A DNA stretch of 64,000 nucleotides, from positions 188,381-252,380 of the forward strand of contig CAWBSH010000030.1 of NCBI GenBank assembly GCA_963791385.1, written 5' to 3'. Shown one piece after another: positions 38,867 to 48,827 of this stretch; the stretch's first letter is position 1, and the number at the start of each line of letters is the position of its first letter. Under the pieces are notes generated by a model, which saw nothing but the letters and a program-made list of their open reading frames with translations, was not told the DNA's origin and did no database searches. Made by a program: the position numbers and the translations under genes. This DNA comes from an uncultured Verrucomicrobiae bacterium. GTDB taxonomy: Bacteria > Verrucomicrobiota > Verrucomicrobiia > Chthoniobacterales > UBA10450.

Positions 38867-38985
38867 GATATCTCCGTTTCAGTAACACCCTGCTTTAGCC
38901 GGGCGATGGTCGCCAACAGAATTTACGAAACCGCTTGCGTCAGTGTCCCCCCGCTTCGCTGAAGCGAGGTGTTAATAAGACGCGA

Positions 38986-41166
38986 TCAAAACGCAAAACC
39001 AAAACTGAAATGGAACGCGCCGAAATCTTCGCCGTCCCGCGGATCGGGATTGACGCCGTAATCGAGACGAATCGGACCGACTGGCAGCTTGTAGCGCAAG
39101 CCCGCGCCAATCGCGTAGCGCATGTCATCCAGACCGATGTCTTCCGAACTCGGCAAAAGATTGCCCGCGTCGGTGAAGATCGCGCCCTGTAGTTCGCCGA
39201 AAATCGGGAAGGTGTATTCGACATTGAACACGGTATAAAATTCTCCACCAACAGGATGTCCGTGATTATCGTGCGGACCAAGGTCGCGTTCGCCAAAACT
39301 GCGCACAGTTGTGGCGCCGCCGATGAAGAAACGTTCGTCAATCGGAATGGCAGTGGCTTCGTCGGAACTACTGCTCGTGAGCGAATGAATAATCCCAGAG
39401 CGCGCGCCAAATGCGATCGAGGACTGCCGAAACCAACGCTGCAACGGCGTGCCGGAGCGCCCAACGCCGACTACACCGGGCGTGAGCGCCTTGGGTCCAA
39501 ACGGAAGATAGTAGCCGGCCCGCATTGTGCCTCGGATAAATTCGATATCGCTGCCCAACGCGCTCGAAGCCAGATCCACGGTGTTATTGATCAGGAAACC
39601 ACGCGGCGTTACGTTTGGACTCTCGCGCATATCGAGCGTGTTCGTCAGGCCAACCGTATTTACAAGGTAATTCGTCGTAGGACCGAGCAGGAATGCCGGC
39701 CTGATCTCGGAGTCGGTGATTTTTACATGCCGAATGGCGATGGCCAGGCCGACCTCATCGTTTTTGGTAATTTGGCGGGTGAAATCGAAGTGTCCGCCCA
39801 ATTCAAATTTCGAGTAGCCATCATAATCAAAAGTAAAAGCGCTCGCTCGCGCTCGGAAGAAGATGTTCGCATCGAAGAAAAATGGATCCTCGTACAGAAT
39901 TTCGCCTCGATAACTGCGTTGCGAGACCTCGATCGTTGCCGATCCTGCCCGGCCAGTGCCGAACAGATCGCGATCACCGACCTGCACGCCGGCGAGCGCA
40001 CCTTCGTAAGTGTCGAATCCACCCCAAAAACCAAATTCCTTGCTCTTGGCTTCCTCAGCTGAAATGTCGAGTCGCAATAAATTTCCATCCACAGGCACGG
40101 GCTTAATCTGCAACAGATTAAACAGGCCAGTCTTCATCAGCGTCCGAAATCTCTCATCGAGAACATCGGGGCTGTACGTTTTCCCCTCCAACGTTGTGAA
40201 TCGCTTGGTCACAAAACTGGGATGCAGCCTCTGCAACCCGTTCACGCTCACACCGTCGAAATGGTAAACCGGGCCTGCTGAGATCGAAATTTCTACTGGC
40301 ACACGGCCGTTGATTGCTTCCTCAGGCGCGCCGTTGGCCTCCACCTTCACATCGTAATAACCGCGTCTTTTGAAGTACTCCTGGAGACGGCGCGGAATAT
40401 CCTCCACGCGCACATCGGTGTATGGTTGCTGAAGCAGGTCGGATATTTGCCCACGAAGTGCATCCGGGCCGTAAACCGTCTGTCCGCTAAAGGAGATTCT
40501 TCCGAAGAAATATTGCCGGCCTTCATGGATCGGAACGATTACGTCCACCTGGTTACTTTGATTTTGAAAATCAGAACGGGGCTGATCGACGACCGCATTC
40601 AAGAAACCTTCAGCCAGATAAAAGCGCTGCACGAGACGGGCGCCTTCCCCCATATCGGCGGCCACGAAAGGGTATTGCTTCTGGAGAGCAGAATATCGCT
40701 CGCGCGTCGGCCCGATCATGTAATCGAACAGTTTGTCCGCAGGCTCGTGCGCGTTCCCATCGAAGATCACAGTGCGCACCGTGAATTGCGGACCCTCGGT
40801 AATATCCAAACGCAGACGATCCGACGATTCGATTACGTAGTGGACGTCCACTTTCGCGTAGCCGTGTTTTCGGTAAAAGACTTCGAGGAAAAAAGCCAGA
40901 TCATCCGCGCGCGCGGGACTCAACCCAAAATCCTCAATCGTAGTGATCTCCTCCTTCAGCGCGATTCGCAGTTCATTCTCCTTGAATGCCTGGTTTCCGC
41001 GAAATTCGATCAGGCTTGTCTGCTTCGCGCGTCTCGCCTTTTCCTTTGCGATTGCTCGCTCCGTTTTCTGTTGCTGCTCCGGTCGCACGACGTCAACCGC
41101 GCTTTGCGCTGCGACTTCAAGTACAAACGCTACTGTTCCAACGCAGAAAACGAGCGCGTGTCGCAT
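38986..41166 (-). CDS. bamA: Omp85-family outer-membrane assembly protein (BamA/TamA-like, POTRA domains plus a beta-barrel)
   Basis: There is a signal peptide followed by POTRA-like repeats. The C-terminal barrel ends ...GAFHFSFGFAF. Confidence 0.75.
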   Translation of the reverse strand: MRHALVFCVGTVAFVLEVAAQSAVDVVRPEQQQKTERAIAKEKARRAKQTSLIEFRGNQAFKENELRIALKEEITTIEDFGLSPARADDLAFFLEVFYRKHGYAKVDVHYVIESSDRLRLDITEGPQFTVRTVIFDGNAHEPADKLFDYMIGPTRERYSALQKQYPFVAADMGEGARLVQRFYLAEGFLNAVVDQPRSDFQNQSNQVDVIVPIHEGRQYFFGRISFSGQTVYGPDALRGQISDLLQQPYTDVRVEDIPRRLQEYFKRRGYYDVKVEANGAPEEAINGRVPVEISISAGPVYHFDGVSVNGLQRLHPSFVTKRFTTLEGKTYSPDVLDERFRTLMKTGLFNLLQIKPVPVDGNLLRLDISAEEAKSKEFGFWGGFDTYEGALAGVQVGDRDLFGTGRAGSATIEVSQRSYRGEILYEDPFFFDANIFFRARASAFTFDYDGYSKFELGGHFDFTRQITKNDEVGLAIAIRHVKITDSEIRPAFLLGPTTNYLVNTVGLTNTLDMRESPNVTPRGFLINNTVDLASSALGSDIEFIRGTMRAGYYLPFGPKALTPGVVGVGRSGTPLQRWFRQSSIAFGARSGIIHSLTSSSSDEATAIPIDERFFIGGATTVRSFGERDLGPHDNHGHPVGGEFYTVFNVEYTFPIFGELQGAIFTDAGNLLPSSEDIGLDDMRYAIGAGLRYKLPVGPIRLDYGVNPDPRDGEDFGAFHFSFGFAF

Positions 41167-41167
41167 G

Positions 41168-44100
41168 TCAGCGAAACCGAATCAGATATTTTAGTCTTCC
41201 CCGAAAATCACCTCGAACGCCAACGTCTCCGGTAAGCACAAGGTGATCGTCGATTTTAAATCGCACCGTGGCCTGCTGCTGACCAGTCCGCGGATCGACT
41301 GTTCCCAAATCTAAATCTAATCGGTTAAAAACCGTGTTGCTCTGAGTGGGCTGACCTTTTTTGACGACTTTGCGGTATAGCTCCTGGACTAGTAGCATCG
41401 CGGCGCGACCAGCGAGAACATTTGTTCCTGAAAGTTCTTGTCTGGTTGCGCCCGTCGCGATCAAGGAAATGATTTCTTCCTGCGGCAGAGGTGGTTCGCT
41501 GCTGAAAATGGCCTGGGGCGACTCCACAGTTCCATAAACATAAACGCGCACTGTGTAATCGCGGATGACCGAGGTCCCTTGGAGAGTGATCTTGGGATTC
41601 ATCGGGTCGCTTGGATCGAAAGTAAGCAAGCCTTGTGAGACATTGAGCCGGCTGAAAGGCAACGTCGCCTCGACGTTTTGCATCTGCACCACACCCTGCA
41701 GACCAGGACGCAGTCCCGTGCCTGTCAATTTCAGATCCGCAGTTGCTCCGCCACTCGCCAGGTTGCCGCGAATCTCCACCGGATTTTTGGTTGTGATTGC
41801 GACGTTAAACTTCCAGTCGCGCAGCGGCGGGGTCGTCACAGATAATTCAGGGGTCGCCGAGGGTGGCTGTGGCGGAGGCCGGCCGGGCAAACCTATGGGG
41901 ATTAGCTCGATGTTCTTGAGAATGTGACTGTCTGTCAGCGCCGCAGTGCCCGCCACCGTCGCGGAAGCAAGTGGGCCCGTTATTCCGATCTCGGCATTGG
42001 CACGTATGGTGAGCGTGTCGTTGCGGGCGACCAGCACGCTCTGAGCTCTCATTTGCAAATCGAGAACCGGTTCGGTCAGTTTGGCGAACGTAACTCGACC
42101 ACTCATGGTAAACGCCCCACCAGCCAAATCGCCTCCGAAACGATCGAGAGTAAGCGCGTTGTCCCGAAAAGTGAGGCGTGCATTAAAACTCCGCAGCGTG
42201 GGAATAGTCGCGTTTGTGAAACGGGCGACGTTCACCGTCATGTCCCCTGCTCCACTCAAGACCGGATGACCAAGCGTTCCGCTCACATCAACGTCCAGAC
42301 CCAGATCGCCATCTAATTGCTGAAGCTCAGGGACAAATTGCCGAATGAAATTTACCGACGTGCGCGGGACGCGAGCTTTTGCAGTGATCAACGTGTCGTC
42401 GGCAAATCCTCGATCCTTGACAATTTTCTGCACGTCGAACGGCATGCTGGCGTTTATTTCCAACGGTTGAATCCTCGGCTGTTGCAGCTTGCCTGAAGCG
42501 ATCAGCCGATTCTGCACGGTCTGCGCGCTCAGCTCGAACGTCGCCGGCTCCATGTTCCGCCACTGTTCGTTTCGCAAATCCCGCACCTGCAGGTCGAGCC
42601 GCGTTTTCAAATCTGTAATTGTTCCGTCACCGTCAAGCTTCGCATTCACGACGCCGGAAATTGTCGATTTGATTCCGAGATCTTGCGCCAGCCTCTTTAA
42701 GTCAAGATTCTCAGACTGCGCTATCACCGACACTTTACCGGAAGACGGAATCACTGCGGATTTTGTACCGAGATTTCGCCACACAAACGGAATTGAGACA
42801 TAGCCGTACGCGTAATTCGCGCGTTGTTGCGGTAGGGCGCCTTCTCCGGGCGTGCCGCTGCGGCCGGCTCGCTGCGGTTGCGGGGTGACAACCTGGTTCA
42901 GCTGGATCTTGTCTATCTCCAGCGTGTCATCCTTCGTCCGGGCGATCGCATTGAAATCCATGTTAGTCGTCGCGAAGAAAATGATCGGCACATCGAGGCC
43001 GTCGGGCGAGTACGACGCGTCGATATTTGTCTGGAGCCCTTGCAAATTCCCGTAGCGCGCTTTTTCCAAAACGAGCTTTAGGTTGCCGGTGTTTTTAAAC
43101 GTCTGCGCACTCCCGCTGCCGTCCCAATCCAATTTGAACGAGCCGGCCAGTTGGCTCTGGTTGCCGAACGCGCGCAAAAACGGCTCCAACACAGCCAGGT
43201 TCGATACGCTCGCGGACGCCTTGCCGTTGTAATGCTGAGGCGGCTGCAAGTTGAATGTCCCAGTTGCATTGACGTAATCGGTGTTGTTCAGAGTCGCGCT
43301 GCACTCACTGAGATGGATCACATTGTTTGCGATCGACGACTGCGCGCTCAGCCGTTGCACAACCAAGTCTCGCATTTTCAAATTCGATCCTGCGAGTGAT
43401 ACCTGTCCGTCGATGATTCCTTGTTTGCGCTGGATGTGACCCGTCATTTGCAACGGACCACTGATTTTGTTCGGAGAATTGGCCGCCCAAAAATCGCCGG
43501 TCTCGGGAGCATTCAACCCAATATCCAATTGCACTGGTTGTGAAGGCGCATTGCCAATGTTTTCCGGGAGCCGGTAACGGCCGCGAACGCTTAGCTCATT
43601 TTGATTGCGCCGCAGAGTAACCCCATCAAGTCCGAGTATGTCATCGCTTCCGTTCATCGATCCGTGCACTGAATCGACGATGTAATCCCGATAACGTATG
43701 CCGGCCAGGGTGAACTCCATTGCCGTGCGAAAATCCGCAAACCAGGGTCTCTTGGTATCGCCGCGCGCTATTTTTTTGGATGCGCGCAAAGTGGCGTTCA
43801 GGTTGTCAATGATTCCATCTGAAAATCCGACCGCGTCGCCTGTGACGCCAAGTGTTACCTGCGCATTTGCATCAACGATGTTGATTTTGCCGTTGAACTG
43901 AACTGAGCCGGTCAAGCCAATACGGAGTCCAGCTGTTAGTTTCTCCAGATCAGGCGCCTTACCGGCGATTTGCAGACTCGCTGGTGTCCGGCCAAAATCT
44001 TCGAACGTTGCCGGCAAATCGATTGTCCCGTTCAGATGAAATTCGTTCTGGTTCTGAACAATATCGGCTGACTGTAACGTCGCCCTGCCCTGCCCTGTGG

Positions 44101-45108
44101 AAACTTCAACAGCGCCCTTGTCGAAATTCACCGCCGGCACATGCGCATCGCTGACCCGCAGTGACATCGTGCCACTCCAAGTACGCGGCGAGTCGATCAC
44201 GCCTGTGCCATCCAAGGCAAGCCGCTCAATTTCGCCGGAAAAATAATTCTCCGGGAGCAAAAGGAATTTGTTCAGCGATGCCGCCGCAATTCTTCTCTGC
44301 AGTCAGATTAACCTTCGCGTTCACAGAAGACCCGGTTTCATTCAACGCAGCCGAGAGAGACAATTGGCCGCCGCCGATGATGGCATCGAGCTTGACCGCG
44401 AGAGCTTTGGAGTCGATGCGGGACGCGTCGATGTTCAGAAGCCGGATGTTTTCCTGGTCATTGAGAGCCACGTCGCGCAGAATGAAGTTCTTGTCCGTGT
44501 AAGAAGTCTGCCCGGAAATTCTGGACCAACTCTCGCCTGACGGTAGTTGCAGTCTTCCGATTCGTAGCTCGCCCGGCACGCGCGGATTTAAATCCAGGTC
44601 AGCATGTTCAACGACAAAATCGTTCGGCCTCTCTCTAACAATGAGCGTCGCGTCTACCAACCGAATCTGCCCAGGAAAGGCGGAAAGCAGCCTTGGTTTT
44701 TGTTTCGGGTGGGGCCTGGGCAGCGGCGCCATTGCCGGATTCAGGTACCACCTGTGCACCGCGTACCTCAATATCCTGCAAGAGATGCGAAGCCCCATGC
44801 ATCATGAGCCCGAATAAGCTGTAATCGACGTACACTGAATCGATGTTGATCGATTCGATCGCGGACGGCCCAGTCGCCACCCCGTGAACATTTCGAAGCG
44901 TCAAATAGCTGAAAGGATTTCCTTCAAGGCGAAAATCGATCTTCAGGTTCTCTTTGCTAGCGTACCGAAGCCCGACCTGCCGGGCTATGCCCAACAAAAT
45001 CGGCTGATGAAAAATGATCAAGAGCCCAACGCATACCGCAACACCAATCAAAACGCTGCGCCAGATATACCCGTGTCGTCCTTTCTTGGACTGATCGCCC
45101 TCAGCCAC
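41168..45108 (-). CDS. tamB: TamB-like translocation and assembly module protein (DUF490 C-terminus), with 2 apparent frame breaks near 44230-44260 and 44640-44800
   Basis: ORFs 44635-45108 (N-terminal TM helix), 44226-44798 and 41168-44260 tile the locus. The C-terminus reads LDLDLGTVDPRTGQQQATVRFKIDDHLVLTGDVGVRGDFRGRLKYLIRFR. The stop lies 1 nt before the bamA ATG. Confidence 0.75.
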
Positions 45109-45227
45109 AGAGCGACTCTATTGCCCGCCATCTTACAGAGCAAAGGGCAATTGGGTTGTAACCCTGCAACTCGATAGTGAGGGATTGCGTACCGTTAGGT
45201 CTCGCGTGAGGCTTGTCGCTGGTAGCA

Positions 45228-45953
45228 ATGAATCCTGACAAGCTTTTTGATTATCTTGACGGTCGACTATTACCTACCGAGCGCGCTGCCTTGGAAGAGC
45301 GATTGATGTCGGACAAGCAATTGCAACGCGAGTTGGCTGTGGCGCGTCAGATTCACGCGGGAATGCACGGTGATTCACGGGAGATTGTATTGCCACCTCC
45401 AGAGGATATTTCAGAGCAGGGCCGCAAAATGGCCACCCGCATAGGCGTCGCATTCATGGTTCTTGTGTTTGTAAACGTCGGCATCGGTCTCTGGTTCATC
45501 TTCAGACAGGAAAGTCAAAATCCAAATCGGCCACTGCTGGAAGCTCAGATGCGGGAGCAGATTGCGAAATCGATCGAGCGCGCGGCAGTGACGCTCACGC
45601 CGGCGTCAAATGCATTAGGCGTGAGCGAAATCACAATCCCAGCGAAAAGCGGGAAACTTGATGCCGTCGCAGATAATGTGGTTGCAATTGTTTCCGACCT
45701 TGGAGGATCTGCTACGAAAGGTGTTCCAGACGCAGGCCGCCTCAGCATTCTGGTCGATCTCCCGGCAAATCGGGAATCTGAATTTCGCGCTGCGGTCGCA
45801 TCCATTCTGGGAGGCGGATCGTCGGAGTCACCAGCTTCAACTAAGTCGCCAGAACCGGGGTCATCCGCCTTCGCCGAGGCTACGGCGGACAGGCCGACCC
45901 CGGCTACAGAGGAGAAAAAAAGCTTCGTCGTGCAGGTCGTAGAAAGGCGGTGA
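45228..45953 (+). CDS. Single-pass membrane protein with an anti-sigma-factor-like N-terminus
   Basis: MNPDKLFDYLDGRLLPTERAALEERLMSDKQLQRELAVARQIH is followed by the TM helix IGVAFMVLVFVNVGIGLWFIF. Confidence 0.45.
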   Translation: MNPDKLFDYLDGRLLPTERAALEERLMSDKQLQRELAVARQIHAGMHGDSREIVLPPPEDISEQGRKMATRIGVAFMVLVFVNVGIGLWFIFRQESQNPNRPLLEAQMREQIAKSIERAAVTLTPASNALGVSEITIPAKSGKLDAVADNVVAIVSDLGGSATKGVPDAGRLSILVDLPANRESEFRAAVASILGGGSSESPASTKSPEPGSSAFAEATADRPTPATEEKKSFVVQVVERR

Positions 45954-45983
45954 AATCGGATTGACGGGTTTGGCCCGGCACTC

Positions 45984-46080
45984 TGTCATTCTGATCCCGC
46001 AGTCGCGGGAGAAAAATCTCAGATTATCTGGACTTGCGAAGTGAAGTAATCAGAGATGTTTCGCTTTGCTCAACATGACA
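45984..46080. repeat. MITE-like element, copy D (opposite orientation to copy C)
   Basis: The element reads TGTCATTCTGATCCCGCAGTCGCGGGAGAAAAATCTCAGA...CAGAGATGTTTCGCTTTGCTCAACATGACA. Confidence 0.75.
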
Positions 46081-46779
46081 AGAATTGCGGTGACGTTCGC
46101 TTTGCCGGCCGAGAGCTCGGGATTCCTGCGCCGGCTCGGAAATAAATCTCGCGTTGATCGAAATGGCATCAGGACAATTCGCGGCAAGATCGATAATCGG
46201 GAGGTTGAAGTGATGCATACTGGCGTCGGAGAAAAAGTTTGCAGAGAACGGCTGGGAGAATTTCTGGGCGATCAGAAATTTGAACTTTTGATCAGCGCTG
46301 GATTTGCAGGGTCGCTCGACGATGAACTGCAGGTGAACGACCTTTTGGTTGCGAAGAATTTTTCGACGGTGGATCTGAAAAACGCGCCATCATCGCTTTC
46401 AAACGTGTCGATTCGTACGGCCAACATGTTGACGGTTCCCGCGTTGATCGATTCCAACGAAGAGCGCAATGAAACTGCGCGCAAGTCGGGCGCGACCGCG
46501 GCGGACATGGAAACGGAATTCATCGCACGGATTTGTGCTGCACGCGGGATTCCACTGCTCTCACTGCGCGTCATAACCGATGCGCCGCGCGAACCTTTCC
46601 CAGCTCCGGCGCACGTTCTATTCGACATCGAGCATCAGCGAACTCCCATGGCTGCGCTGATAATGTTCTTTCTTGCGCGCCCTAACCGGATCCCGCGCCT
46701 GATCCAGTTCGCCAGAAGGATCGCCCACGCGCGAAAGACCTTGGCGAACGCGCTTGTCGGGATTCTTCGCGAGTTGTAG
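46075..46779 (+). CDS. Nucleoside phosphorylase-I family protein (MTA/SAH nucleosidase / HpnG-like)
   Basis: The sequence MTRIAVTFALPAESSGF...ISAGFAGSL...ATAADMETEFIA is the PNP_UDP_1-type pattern. The ATG lies inside the terminal repeat of MITE copy D. Confidence 0.6.
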   Translation: MTRIAVTFALPAESSGFLRRLGNKSRVDRNGIRTIRGKIDNREVEVMHTGVGEKVCRERLGEFLGDQKFELLISAGFAGSLDDELQVNDLLVAKNFSTVDLKNAPSSLSNVSIRTANMLTVPALIDSNEERNETARKSGATAADMETEFIARICAARGIPLLSLRVITDAPREPFPAPAHVLFDIEHQRTPMAALIMFFLARPNRIPRLIQFARRIAHARKTLANALVGILREL

Positions 46780-46821
46780 CCGGGGTCGTTGACCCCGGAC
46801 AGCCGCGATCACCGATCACGG

Positions 46822-47760
46822 CTACAGCTTTGCCGGCTCGATGTGTACGAGCACGTCTGCGACGCGCGAGTCGCTTTGCTGGATCGCTGCCTTCACCCGA
46901 TGCGCGATTTCGTGACCTTCATTCACTGAAATGCTGCCATCTACCCCGACGTGAAGATCCACGTAAAAATCCAGCCCCATCTTGCGGGCGTGGCATTTCT
47001 CTACCTCGACCACTCCGGGAACTGAGCTGGCAACCGCCCGAATGGACCTGACAATTTTGCCACCGGGCGCAGTGTCCATGATTTCATAAAACGCCGGCCG
47101 TGCGAGGCGAATGCCGTTTGCCGCGATCAGCGCGCAGGCTACAAGTGCCGCCCAGTCGTCGGCGTTTTGCCATTTCTTCCCGCCGATCAACGCCAGAGAG
47201 ATGCCGATAAACGCCGCAATGGAAGTCATTGCATCCATTCGATGATGCCACGCGTCAGTCTTAACTGCGGTGCTTTCAACTTTTCGCCCAAACCGGATCG
47301 TATAACGGTACAAACTTTCTTTGATCACCACTGTGACGACCAAGACCGCCAGCGTCCACGGAGCGGGTGCGTGGTGGGGCAGGAAAATTTCACGCACACT
47401 TTGAATTGCCAGACCGATTGCGGCCGCTAAAACGCCGACTGCAACGATCACCGCCGCGACTGGCTCGGCCTTGCCGTGACCGTATGGATGCGTCCGATCG
47501 GGCGGTCGCGCGGCGACAGTTAATCCTCCCCAAATCACAATTGAGCCGCCAACATCGAGCGCGGATTCAATTCCATCAGCAATCAACACGTATGCGTGGC
47601 CTATGGCGCCGGCAAAAATTTTTGCTGTTGCGAGAAGAACATTGACGATCAAGCCGAACAGAGCGAACCGGGCACCGGTCTGCCAGATGGCGTGACTCCG
47701 CTGGTTGCCGGGCACGGCGGTTTGCACATTCTGGTCAGACGCGTCAGCTTGCGGGGGCAT
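46822..47760 (-). CDS. Cation diffusion facilitator (CDF) family metal efflux transporter
   Basis: Six TM helices are followed by a C-terminal cytoplasmic domain. Signature stretches are LADGIESALDV and HRMDAMTSI...VHIEP. Confidence 0.8.
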   Translation of the reverse strand: MPPQADASDQNVQTAVPGNQRSHAIWQTGARFALFGLIVNVLLATAKIFAGAIGHAYVLIADGIESALDVGGSIVIWGGLTVAARPPDRTHPYGHGKAEPVAAVIVAVGVLAAAIGLAIQSVREIFLPHHAPAPWTLAVLVVTVVIKESLYRYTIRFGRKVESTAVKTDAWHHRMDAMTSIAAFIGISLALIGGKKWQNADDWAALVACALIAANGIRLARPAFYEIMDTAPGGKIVRSIRAVASSVPGVVEVEKCHARKMGLDFYVDLHVGVDGSISVNEGHEIAHRVKAAIQQSDSRVADVLVHIEPAKL

Positions 47761-47762
47761 CG

Positions 47763-48755
47763 ATGAACAAAACTATAAACGCAGCGGTTTACGAAGGATA
47801 CGGAAATCCGGCGGACGTCCTGCGTGTAGAAACCCTCCCGTGGCCGACGCCGACCGCAAACGAAGCGGTGGTGAAAATGTGCGCCGCGCCGATCAATCCG
47901 GCAGATTTGAATCAAATCGAAGGAAAGTATCCGGTGCGCCCAGCGCTACCGGCGACGCCGGGATTTGAAGGCGCGGGCATCGTCGTTGAGTTAGGCGCAG
48001 GCGTGAACGGCCTAACGAGCGGCGCGCTCGTGATCCTGCCACATAACGTCGGCACATGGCGGGATGCGGTCGCGGTGAAAGCCGAAGAGTTAGTAGTTGT
48101 GCCCGACGGAATCGAGCCTGTTCAGGCGGCAATGTTAAAAATCAATCCGCTGACCGCGTGGCGATTGCTACACGATTACGTCAATCTCCAGAAGGGCGAT
48201 TGGCTGATTCAAAACGCCGCAAATTCGGCAGCTGGTCGCAGCGTGATTCACATCGCACACATGCTCGGTTATAGAACCGTGAACGTCGTTCGACGCGCAG
48301 AATTAATTGATGAATTGTGCGCCGAAGGCGGCGACGTCGTACTCATTGATGGCGAGAACTTTCGCGAAGAAGTGAAGAACGCGACCGGAGGCGCTTCTAT
48401 TCGTTTGGGATTGAACTCTGTCGGCGGCGATAGCGCGTTGCGTCTTGCCAATTGTCTCGCTCCAGGTGGCACACTGGTGAGCTTTGGCGCGATGAGCTTG
48501 CAGCCGCTGAAAATTCCGACGGGCCTTCTCATCTTTAAAGATCTGCGATTTCGCGGGATCTGGATCAACAAATGGTATGATAATGCCACTCAGGCGCAGC
48601 GCCTCGAGACGTTTCGACCGATTTTCGAAATGGCCAGGCACGGGTTGCTGCAAACAAAAGTCGAAAAGGCTTATCCGCTAAGCGCAGTCAAAGCCGCAGT
48701 CGCACACGCCGCGCAAGGCAAACGCAGCGGCAAAATCATCCTGGAGTTTGAGTAG
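47763..48755 (+). CDS. MDR-superfamily NAD(P)H enoyl/quinone reductase (ETR/MECR-like)
   Basis: The sequence VVKMCAAPINPADLNQIEGKYPVRPALPATPGFEGAGIVVELG is followed by a Rossmann-fold segment. Confidence 0.7.
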   Translation: MNKTINAAVYEGYGNPADVLRVETLPWPTPTANEAVVKMCAAPINPADLNQIEGKYPVRPALPATPGFEGAGIVVELGAGVNGLTSGALVILPHNVGTWRDAVAVKAEELVVVPDGIEPVQAAMLKINPLTAWRLLHDYVNLQKGDWLIQNAANSAAGRSVIHIAHMLGYRTVNVVRRAELIDELCAEGGDVVLIDGENFREEVKNATGGASIRLGLNSVGGDSALRLANCLAPGGTLVSFGAMSLQPLKIPTGLLIFKDLRFRGIWINKWYDNATQAQRLETFRPIFEMARHGLLQTKVEKAYPLSAVKAAVAHAAQGKRSGKIILEFE

Positions 48756-48827
48756 CGGTCGGTCGACTCGGGTCTCTTGGGTAAGTTTGGAATTTGCGGG
48801 AATAGTTAAAGACAGCTAGCCTCAAAC

